Shown here one piece after another: positions 49,668 to 60,573 of a stretch of 64,000 nt of DNA. The notes under the pieces are model-generated. The model was not told the origin of the DNA. It saw only the letters and a list, made by a program, of their open reading frames with translations, and ran no database searches. A program made the translations under genes and the position numbers. Source of the stretch: Nemertoderma westbladi. Its lineage: Eukaryota; Animalia; Xenacoelomorpha. The DNA lies in the NCBI GenBank assembly GCA_032718475.1, contig JAUCBJ010007287.1, positions 43,910 through 107,909 on the forward strand. Reading direction: 5' to 3'. The stretch's first letter is position 1. The number at the start of each line of letters is the position of its first letter.

Positions 49668-51800
49668 GTCTTGGTAGCATTTATATGCAATCCAACCTCC
49701 TTAGCAGCCCTCTCCACGTTATTTAGTCTGAGCTGTGCATCTGCTAGCGTATTAGAGAGCAGGGCAATGTCATCCGCGAAGTCGGTGTCTGTGACTGTAG
49801 TTGCCGGATATACTTCTGCGTTCTATAGTGTGAATCCCAGATCTTCACCCTTTGTGGCTGGCCTCATTGCGTAATCCAGTACAATTACAAATAGTAATGG
49901 TGCTAATGTGTCACCTTGTTTTTCATACCTCCGCTGGAATTTCATCTAATCCACTCGCTTTATTATTGGACATGCTTTTAATACTTCTTTGGAGTTCGGG
50001 AGGTGTGAAGTCCCCTTTTTCTATAGGTACTGTAGTGTCTTGTCATATATTTTCCTTGTAGGGCTGACCTCGATGTTTGGTGGTTGCCCAAGCAAGTTGC
50101 TGAAGTGATTTTTCCTCTTCCCCACACGTTCTTCAGCACCATTGGCTTTGAGGCGTCCCTTTGCACAACATTTCCGACCAGATACCTCATTCACAATTTA
50201 CCAGGTAAGTCTTGATTGTTGCTGTATGCGAGCAGTTGTAATTTCTTCAATTTAATCTTACAAGTAACCTCAGAGTTTTGCCATGGCACATACTGTTTTC
50301 GTTTGGGGTTCTGGGGGATATGCCTCTTAGCTGATTCCTTGTGGGCTTTTATTATATTCTGGTATATTGAATCGGTGGACTGGTCTTCATCCATTGACTG
50401 AAGTGCTTCAAAGCGGTTTTGAACTTCTACTGTGTAAGCATCCTTTACTGCATTGTCATTTCTGAGTTTCTCCCAGTCATAGTTGATTTGCTTGCTTGTC
50501 CTGGGTTTGCTGGCTCTCAAACTGAGTCTGATCTCTGCAGTCATAATTCTGTGGTCCGAACCAATTAGGTTGAACGACCTGTATGCCTCGCAGTTGATCA
50601 TGCTGTTTCTCCACTTTTTGTTTATAAGGATGTAATCCAGTTGTGCTTTGGTTCCATTAGGGTATTGAAAGGTTCATAGCTTCCCCTTACTCTTTTCGAA
50701 TGTGGTGTTTGTTGGTATTAATTTACATTCTTCCATTAGGTCTAAAAGTAAGTACCCATTTCTATTAGAACTGGTGTTATATTTGTAACCCTTGATGTCT
50801 TCTGGGCCAATTTGAGCATTCAGGTCACCAGCAATGACTTTAACATTGTGTTTCGGAATGTCCTTTATAAGTCCTGTCAGATCTTCATAAAATTTGACTG
50901 CTTGTTCTGGCTCTGAGGCATTGGTTGGACTGTAGCAACATATTACTGTTTTCTTGGGATTCCCCTCAAAGGTTGCTATCATAACCCTGGAATTTATAGA
51001 TTCGATGTTGTTTAGGGCCTTAAGTGCAAATGGACTTAGCAGAATTCCTACTCCTCTAATTGATGCATTGGCCGAGTTTCTTACTGCTGAGCTTGTTACT
51101 AACGTGCATCCATTTCCAATGTCATTGTACTTCATGGCAGTGTCTTCATGACAAATCCAATGTTCTTGGATGCAGATGATGTCGATGTTATATTCCATTG
51201 CTAGAGCGACCATGTCACCCTGTTTGTTATATGCTTTCAGCGTGCGTGCGTTCATTGTAGCAATCTTTAGTGTCTTTTTACATTTCAGCAGGTTGGTTCT
51301 TCTTTATTCTCTGTCTTCTGTTCCAGTAGCCGATTTATCGACCCCAGCTTTGTGTACCACTGAAGGACGCGGTCCTTGTTGACCCGGGTGACGACCGAGC
51401 CGGTATTTCTCCTCGAGGGTTTTCATGCTCATATCGCATCGTTGCGAGAGTAAACAGCTTGTTGTCGCAACTCCTACAAGCATCTTTGCAGTAGGTCGCC
51501 ATTGGTTGAATACCTTCCGCCGACCTTGTCAGCATTTCTAGCCGTTGGTTGATTACCTTCCACCTATCCATTGCTTACAGCCCTGCTGCCGACTGTAGGG
51601 GTCCATTTGTTACACCCTGAACCCTTAGGTTACCTAACCCTGGTAGTGGAGCATTCAGTATAGACAGAGCGGGGAGTGTATCATCTCTATTGCAAATGCG
51701 TACTCAAGCCTTTGCCTTCAATGGTGCCCTAGGCGCTATAGCCCTCAATGACTTATTTAGTTGACGGGGCTTACCAACCCCCTCTTGATCAACTAAATAA
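49668..51800 (-). mobile_element. RTE-2 LINE copy C (retains 5' leader; internal deletions)
   Basis: Endonuclease ORF 50674-51255; same 3' junction as copy B; deletions near 49917 and 50255. The 5' boundary is approximate. Confidence 0.88.
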
Positions 51801-51995
51801 TGAATAGGCTACTGGCGCTTATTGGGCCTGCCCTACTGGGCTGACAGCTACAGGTAGTACCACATTACTGCTATAGTGGTAGCAGGAGTAGTAGGTAGTA
51901 GGGTTAGTTGGTCAGGCCCAAACCCTAATTAAAACTGTCATGTAATCCTAACCCTAAGTCATTAGGCTCTAATTTAAGAAATTCCTCAAAATTTA

Positions 51996-52385
51996 TTAGA
52001 TTAGAGCCTTATGACTTTCTTCATCACCATGCCGCTCCTTTAGAGTATCCCAAACAGTATTTATGCTGTCCTCATGGCCCACATACTTCGCGGCCATCTG
52101 TTTAGGGGGTCCTTCCAGACAACTAATCAAATATCTAAGCTTCTCACGGTCGCTCAACGGCGAGTCTAGAATGCTATCCTTACATAACTCCACAAAGGGT
52201 AACCATTTTAGCTCGTCACCATTGAACTTTAGAATTTGAACTGCAGAGACGCACTGTTGGGCCTCACTTCTAGTCATATGTCGGGTAAGGTCGGCTTGAG
52301 CTGCTGAAGAATTTAGTAAAAGTTCAGTTAGATATGAGCTTTGGTCATTCTGATGTACTGTATTCTCGGCATGAATACCACTCAC
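51996..52385 (-). pseudogene. Bel/Pao gag DUF1759 N-terminal part (related to element 1, probably element 3)
   Basis: KFNGDELKWLPF...EKLRYLISCLEGPPK...WDTLKERHG. Confidence 0.85.
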
Positions 52386-54929
52386 ATCGGAGGCACGTTT
52401 TAAAATTTTTACACCCTACGGCGCTGCTTGTGAGTCGACTTTCTTATTTGTTAGGGTGATATGATCTTGGTTAAGGCCACTTATTGCTCTAAGTCATCGT
52501 TTCTTTGTAATAGAGAAACATTTCTATGAAATAGAGAATCATTTCTTTGTAATATAGATCATTTCTTTGCAATAAAGAATCAATGATTTCTCGAGAGTCG
52601 TCGTTGTTCAGGGGTCTGGGGGCTTCTAGTAGCTATACAAGAGGTATGGTTTGAGATTGGGGCTTCACTGGGTATCTCTTTAGTTATAAGTGGGGCCCCT
52701 ACTGGTGGTACAACATCATTGCGGTAGGGGATTGCTGTTATGGTTGGGTGCTGAATAAATGGTCCAGTGTCAATATCTAACTCAGACATGATGTCAACTT
52801 AATATAATCTATGCACAAATAGTATGTTGCAACTATAAAGACGTGTTAACTATGTATTTATTCTGCAAAATAAATAATTAGTCACCAAAGAAGATATTCT
52901 ATTTGCGCCACCTAGAGAAATGAATAATTTGGCTATTATTGAGAATGTAATACTCTCTGCTCCCGCTGGGTGGCTTTATCTAAATAAATTAAGAAGCACC
53001 TTTCAAAGAGAACGGGAGTAACAAGTATCGTTAAAGTGCTTTTACAATTCTTGTTTCACCGCTAGTAGTCGCTCTTTTCTGTAATCCGAGTGGGTGCCTT
53101 CCGTTACTGTCAATTCAGTGATACTATCCGAAGAACGTTGCTATGGACTACTATTTAATAGGAAGGAGTTGACACTCTGAATTCCTCGAACTGGGTAAGC
53201 AATTAATCCAGACAGAGTCAATAGGTATGGGAAATGTTGAGCCATGCTATTGTATGTTGTTTGTCGGCTTTGGGGGTGTATCACGTCTCAACACTTAATG
53301 GAAGTAAACAGCACTAATATATGGTAGGGGAATTTGTATGTCGCGACTGAGTAGGTCAAACAAAGGAGTTTAGTCTCGTGATTTATAGTAAGTATATGGC
53401 TGAGTTGAAGCACTCAGGGACAAACTGTCTGGAATGGTATGTTGTTGTGTGGCAAGATGTAAATCGCCTTGGGATGAAATTAAGTTGCAAGTCGCAATAA
53501 ATCACGAGAACCTAATTAATGTGCAAGGCTTATTTCAAATCCTAAGCACAAATACTGTACTGCCGAGATTATTTCTGCAAATAATATTGTTATGAATAAA
53601 TATATGTGTCTGAAGTCGCCTGTAATCCAAACAAAAAGAATGAAATTGGCGTAAGATGTCCATTCCCTTGAACTAAATACAAGGATTAGTATTTGTCAAG
53701 TATCGGGCCTGTGTCTTCCTGTTAAATAAACAGTTCAATGGCCTAAAGAAAGATGTAATAATTAATTATTTCTGTACGTACATAATAGAACGTACTTACG
53801 ATATTTGGGGGTTGTAACACTATGTTACATGTTTATAATAATAAACAACAAAATGTAAGTGTAGGGCGTATGTACAGTAAAACAATAAAATACCAGGTTA
53901 CTTAGATTACTTTGTTATTACTTTACTAAAAAACCAGAAGGGTAATACAATTTTGATAATAGCGTCCGTAACATACCATGCAAACGCTGACAAAATTATT
54001 AAGCTATGGTAATGAATGTAGTAAATTATCTGTAATTAGCCATTTCACACGCAGTGATTGCCCATACACTCCCTCGGGTGTTTCGGCCTTATTTCTACTG
54101 ACTTCACAAATGTACGACTAATAATGTTAAATTAAACCACAGTCACACAAGTAAACTCTCTGACTTAATCAACAATTCGCACGGAAATGCACCTGCAATA
54201 GTTTGCACTCGCACAAATGTTGCTCAAACATAATTCGCAAAGGTTATCACAGTGCTATAACACATCAAACTAAACAATCAGTACCACACCGAAATAATTG
54301 CAGGGTTATCTATATTAACTTTTGTTACTGATCCCAGTTGGGCAATTTTACGCTTCACGTATCGCTAGCTTACGGATTACACCACACGCAGGGGACGTAA
54401 GTCTTACTGCTAAACACGTTTGGAGAATTAACACATAGGGAACAATGTAATGTGTCAAATCCTTCAACCATTCGTCGAATAACTCAACACTAGTTCTACA
54501 CGTAATTGAAGTAGTTTATTCACACGGAAACTGTTAGACGCAGTAAGTATAGTAAAGTGATCAGTTTCACTACAACCCACTGTAACCAACTCCTGTTAAT
54601 TGGTAACAACTGATGTTAAGGTGGTAATGTAATTAATTATACGGGGGGAACACTGTCCTGGGGGCAGTGTTGGAAACATAAGATTTACTATCAAGGCTTT
54701 TACAGGCGGGCTGGCAATTCAAAAACAATTATGTCCAGACTTTAACCTAAGATCCTTTACAGTGGATTCGCTTATATAGTATATGAGTGTTATCAAGGCC
54801 TCGGGGTACCTGTCACATTAACAGGAACGCTCAGGCAAGTCGTGTATATATATGTATTATGTAATACGTATATCAGGTCAGTATGTACAATTAATTACTT
54901 GAATGTGTATGCCTCGGCACTATAAACTG

Positions 54930-55051
54930 CTTCAAAGGGAAGGGGTGGTGTATACGTGTAAACCGTTGTTCTTCAAAGGGAAGGGGTGGTGTATACGTGT
55001 AAACCGTTGTTCTTCAAAGGGAAGGGGTGGTGTATACGTGTAAACCGTTGT
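54930..55051. repeat. 41-bp tandem triplication
   Basis: cttcaaagggaaggggtggtgtatacgtgtaaaccgttgtt three times. Confidence 0.95.
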
Positions 55052-55392
55052 AAACATGTTGTGTTGTCTGTGAACAAGCGTATATGTGACTTATTTATAT
55101 TGCAAGTAGGACGCTTGTACAATGATAGAGTAATAGTCCACAACAAGAGAGGGGATGGGATAACTGTGGTAAGATTGAATGTCTTGTCTTTACAACTAAC
55201 TGTGGGCAAGTATGGTTTGTCAGCCGGATGGTTAAAACCCTCTATTAATTGAAAATGAATGAGCAGAATTTAATAAGTATTACTAACCTAATTTTATTTT
55301 TAATATTTAAAAAAATATGATTACAATAATGTTAAACAGATTTAAAATATAATGATGTGTTGGTAACTAATGATGTACATAGTTTACTTTAA

Positions 55393-56970
55393 CCCTATTA
55401 AACCCGGGGGGGGGGGGGGGGGGGGGGTCAATATCAGCCCCACGTGTTTTTTTTTATTATAGTTCTGAAACAAACGCAGTTGGTAATCTGAAATTTTATG
55501 ACTTTTCCTAAAAGTCTATTGCCTTCCTAGTAGTGAAACCCGTTTTCAAAAATATTGGGTAGTTTTCGAGTTATTGCACCATTTTTTAACCCTACTTTTG
55601 GCACTTTTTTGAGACGTTTTTTGAAAATTACATTTCATTAAATATGAATTGTAACATCTCTATTTTTGATTTACACCGGTTTTTTTGGTGTTAGCAATTG
55701 GATGGAATTCATATAAATTGATTTAGAAATTTCAAACTTGTTTTTTTCGGCGGGTGCCAAATTTTGGTGCCAGCACCAAATTTAGAAATATGTCAATTTT
55801 GAAAATTGATTGTTTGAAACTTGTTTTTTTCGCAATTGGGGTTTTTTGGGGTACTCGTTTCAATGAAATATATACGATTGCACCAAGTGTATCAAACTTG
55901 TATTTTTCGGTGCAATTTTTTGGTGCTAGCACGAAATTTTGAAAATCCATCCAATAGATAAAATTGCGTGTGACATTTTATTTCTTGCGGTTTAAAGGTT
56001 TATGGCTGTTCTGAATTCAATGGAATATATAATTATCGAACTAGACATCTCAAACTTGTATTTTTCGGAAGTGGGTGCAAAATGTGGTTCTAGCACCAAA
56101 TTTTGAAAATCATCAAATATATCAATGGATTGTGTCACCATGTTTCTTGCGTTATACGGGTTTGAGAGGGTTCTGAATTCACTGGAATCGGTAAAAATTT
56201 CATAAGAGTTTTCAAACTTGTATTTTTCGCCGGTGGGTGAAAATTGTTGTGCCAGCACCAAATTTTGGAAAATAAGCAAATTGATCAGTAGATAGTATCA
56301 TCTTGTTTCTTGCGTTATACGGGTTTATGAGGGTCCTGAATCCGATGGAATCAATAAAAACAGCACTGGACATCGCAAACTTGTACTCTTTGGTAATGGG
56401 TACGAAATTTTGTGCGAGCACCAAAATTTTCCAAATTACGCCGAAAAATACTAGTATCAATGATCTGGCATATTAGAAATGTACTCCATTAGAATCAGCG
56501 CTAGAAAACCTGAAAATGTGAATTTATAGCATCGTATTTAAAGTGAATTTAAAATTTTGAGTTCTAACTGAAAAGTGCTGGTTACTTGTTTTTTTTTATT
56601 TTTTTCCTACGCAAAGAGGACTAAATAGCCATTTATAGTAATCATCTCATTTTTAAATATTTTCCAATGTATTTTACGGCCCAGAAAACCTGTATTGAAA
56701 AACAATTAGCCGAAAAATGTAACTTTCAAATTTTGTGAAAATTGTGCACTACTTGTAATTTTGGTGCTGCAATATTACCACCCCAGTACATTTTTTCGAA
56801 AATATTTTTTTTCGGTCGGATCCAGACTACTGATACCTACGTTCAAACAAAAAATCAGACGTTTTCGTAAAAATTTGTAGATTTTGTAGAGGGGGGGCTC
56901 ATATTGAGCCCCCCCCCCCCCCCCCCCCCCCGGTATTTGTACAGCATTTTATAGCCCGGTACTTATAGGG
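55393..56970. mobile_element. Second copy of the piggyBac-type element, inverted relative to 28661-30223
   Basis: ttaa|ccctatta...tataggg|ttaa; colinear reverse complement of the first copy. Confidence 0.92.
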
Positions 56971-57606
56971 TTAAAACAGATTAAGTTTCAATAAAAAATA
57001 CCTTATCAGAGTATTGTAAAATTAAATTGCGTAGATTTTTTAGAAGGTATTTAAGTGTGTCCACTCATTAAGTAGGCCTACATTTCTCTAGCTTACTATT
57101 TCTAAATTACCTGAATTTATTATGATCACACAGTTATGTATAATTAAATTATAATTAAAAATATGTTTTATGAATTTATCGCGCTGCTACGCCAATGGAG
57201 GTCTTTGGCGTTGATTCTGATTTAAGGAACATTAAAAGAAATTTATAATAAATAATAATTTAAAATTATTCCAAGGGTTGCTTTCTTAAATAGTTGTTAG
57301 TGTAGGCCCTTCAAGACTCATTCTGAGTCTGACACTTCCACAATACTGCCTTGTAAATCTAATCGCTGTCCATCCACACAAAATCAAACAAGCTCCATCC
57401 GCCGCCCTGTACAAAAGCCAGTTCTTGGCGGGAGTCTAAGTACAAAGGCATGCCGCAGAAGAGAGATGTTAACTGTTACCTTGAAATCATTTCAATATGA
57501 GACACAAAGTCTGGAATTTCGGTCCGTCGATTTCAAGGTCATTTCAATATGCCATCAAAGTCATTTCAATGTCAATGTTACTTTCAATGCTACTCTATGG
57601 ACACAT

Positions 57607-57683
57607 TTTGATCAAACTTTGATCAATGTTTGATCAAAGTTTGATCAATGTTTGATCAAAGTTTGATCAATGTTTGATCAAAG
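57607..57683. repeat. 11-bp palindromic microsatellite (tttgatcaaNN) x7
   Basis: Alternating tttgatcaatg / tttgatcaaag units. Confidence 0.92.
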
Positions 57684-57769
57684 GAATGCTTTTTGAGAGC
57701 GGGACTGTATGTACTGTACTATAGGCCCTACTATACCACATGTTGAATCTTTGGGAAGAAGGTTATCGG

Positions 57770-58400
57770 TCATCTGTTCTCCAGTCTGCCGCTAGAGGGC
57801 AAAAATGTCTGATAGTGACATCCTTGACTCATTCCATTGTTTATGATCCGTCCTAGCTGAAACTTGTCAAATATGTCGTGTCTGTTTGTCTGTCTGTATG
57901 TATGTATCAGTATGTGCTCTGTTTAGAATACATCCTGCGTCAGTAGTGTGCTGCTGCTGTGTCTTGTAGTCTTGGTGGTGTCGATATTTGGTCTGCAGTT
58001 TTCCAGTCTGCAGCTAGAGGACAATGTATGAAAGTGATCTTCCGCTTACCCATGTCTCCATTTCCTTCATCTTAATCTGTTTAAGCTGAGTCTTGGAATA
58101 TAAGTACCAGACCAGGACTACATGCTGCGTCTTTTTGAGGAAGGTGATTAATCTGCTGCTGCTGCAGTTCTTCAGTCTGCTGCTAGATGGCGAAATGTCT
58201 GAAAATTAAAACCTTCTTCCACATTTCAGTGAATTAAATTTGTTTACCATACAGCCATAGGCTGAATCTTGGCAAAGTATGTACTAGGCTACTAAGCCCT
58301 ACTATCTGACTATACCACATATCTTGCATCTTTGTGAATAAGGATATGCTATCTGTCATCGCATCAGTTCTCCAGTCTGCCGCTAGAGGGCGAAATGTCA
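57770..58400 (+). promoter_or_regulatory. Cluster of four co-oriented CTCF-like sites in degenerate ~200-bp repeats
   Basis: gctag cores at 57791, 58013, 58182, 58382 (tgccgctagagggc, tgcagctagaggac, tgctgctagatggcg, tgccgctagagggcg), each preceded by a ctgcagtt-like element. Confidence 0.6.
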
Positions 58401-59091
58401 GAAAGCGAACACCTTACAATTACCGGTGACGGCTAATCTACCCGACAGCCATACAGCATTTAAAATAGCTAGGGAAAGTCTGAAGCTACGTGTAGACCTA
58501 TAATTTGAACAACCCACCAAACCCCACTGCAATCACAGTTAAGAAAAGACTTGTCCCAATCCCAAATTACTCCAGCCTGTCCCAAATTCCCCCATGTCCC
58601 AAATTACCCCAGTTTACCCTAAGTTGAAATTTCAACTCAGTTGAAAATAGAACTTCTCCCCGACTACCTACAGCCTTATTCAGCTATTCCAGTCCAATTA
58701 TATACCAGTACTCAGTTTTTGCATTAGGATAGGGTATCCTAATAGTAGCCTCAGCTGCCTACAGACTATGTACCGTTATATACTGGTATAACCGGGGTGT
58801 ATCTTTCTGCTTTCTCCCATGGTGGAATTCAATGGGACTAAGAATCCAAGGTGACTCCATCAAAAGCCTTCATAAGCATTCGGCCCACACATGCTCTTAT
58901 AGTATTATCATATATCAATATGTTGGGTCCTTCAGGATATCAGAAACAGCCACCAGTACAGTTGTAGAGAGTGGTGGTGGTGGGAATAGTTCTTTATTGT
59001 CTGTGATGGCCAGTAATTATTTTGACACCTCCTTTTCTTCGACTGTCATTAACAAAGCTCCTAAAACTTACATCAATTCGCTTGCCTCAAA

Positions 59092-59215
59092 GGGTGGGAA
59101 TGGGAATGGCAATGGAAATGGGATGGGAATGGGATGGAAATGGGAATGGAATGGAATTGGGATGGAAATGGGATTGTAATGGGAGTGGGATGGGAGTAGG
59201 ATGGAAATGGGAATT
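59092..59215 (+). repeat. (GGGAAT/GGAAAT)n purine-rich simple repeat
   Basis: Multiple GGG runs with short loops. Confidence 0.85.
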
Positions 59216-59265
59216 TACCAATGGCTTCAAGCGGGATGAATCAGCCGCCTTCTCGTAGATTAACA

Positions 59266-59708
59266 TGTTATAAAGGTGGGCCTCAGTTGGAGATTAAACT
59301 TCCAAATTACCAACGGCTTCCAATGAGCGAGGGCATCAGCAGGGGCCCAACGAAAGACGTTAGGAACCCGAGAATGGAGACGGGCGAAGCGAGTGAGTTG
59401 GGATGAGCACGTGATGGGGTGAAAACTGCTGGTGCGCTGCAGGAGGGTGGAACCGCAGCCAATGAGTGAGCAGTTACTGGGCGAGGGGATACCGGAAATC
59501 CTGAGCCCGTTCGTCGCACCCAACAGACAAGGATGACAGATGAATCACCACAAGAGAAGATACCGCCATGGTTGATCGACTAGCCAGGAACTAGGGGCCC
59601 TGAGGAGGCAATTGGAGGAGTCATTTTGGCTATTTGTAATCCATTGTAAATTACCTTGTAATAATCAAGGTTTGTTGTCATTCAGTTAATACTATTTCAG
59701 ATTTCACA
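59266..59708 (+). mobile_element. Possible solo LTR of another family
   Basis: tgttata...tttcaca ends, CCAAT motifs and an AT-rich 3' part; no clean TSD. Confidence 0.3.
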
Positions 59709-59828
59709 TAATTAATTAGATTGAAATACGATTTGATATATAATTAGATTTGAAAATGTTGACACTGTTGGCACAACGTAACGACGACACAGTGTCGGCA
59801 CAAGATAACGCTGACATTGTTGGCACAC

Positions 59829-60416
59829 ATTCTTGATTCCTTGAGATAATTCAAAATAAAATTTTTTGAGGATTTTTCCATATCACAACAAGGCGGTAAT
59901 GTAGACTTGTGACGGACTTGTGCGATTTTCAGCGATATTTCAAGAACTATTCGCTCTACGTTTGTTTTGAAGGTGTCTACCCCCACTGAATCGGCCATTG
60001 CGGTTCTAATGAGCATAATATTAATGAAGTAGAAGAACTCAAAGTTGGCCATTGCGAAAATTTAGAATTATCATCACTTGTGCCAAATGGTAGGTTCTGT
60101 CCATGTGCCTGTGGCACTAGTTCCCTTGATCCAAAATTTAAAATTTTGGTATCTAACTAAGTTTGGACCCATTTGATGACATTTGATGCATGCAGGAAGT
60201 TTTTTCTTGAGTCATTGATCTTTCATTAATGTGTTATATTGCTATAAATTTAATTATGGCGCATTGATGGCTGAAAATTTCAACCGTCTTGGGATCCGTG
60301 AAGATATAGACGAAATTTAAAGAAATTTTTTTTGTTTTAATTTTTAAAAAAAATGGCAACTTTTGTGCACCGGTAGAACAATGAAATCGAAAAAAAGTAA
60401 AAAACGCACCACCTTA
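59829..60416. mobile_element. Single-arm remnant of the hAT foldback element
   Basis: Matches the right arm of 16816-18227, ending aaaaacgcaccacctta. Confidence 0.88.
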
Positions 60417-60573
60417 TTATGTACGTCTGATGAGCACTACGTGTGCTAATGTACATAAATACATACTAATGCCAGGTCAATGGAACCATCGTAGTAATGC
60501 CAGGTCAATGGTTCCATACGTACCAATGCCAGGACAATGGGACCAATACTAGTAAATAATATGTATTATTGTG

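Noticed and set aside
58832-59258. ORFs with GNGNGMG/WEW repeats
   Set aside because: Translation of a simple purine-rich repeat, with no splice or domain support.
60420-60456. Hammerhead ribozyme (ctgatgag-cac...gtgc)
   Set aside because: The required GAAA after stem II is replaced by taat.
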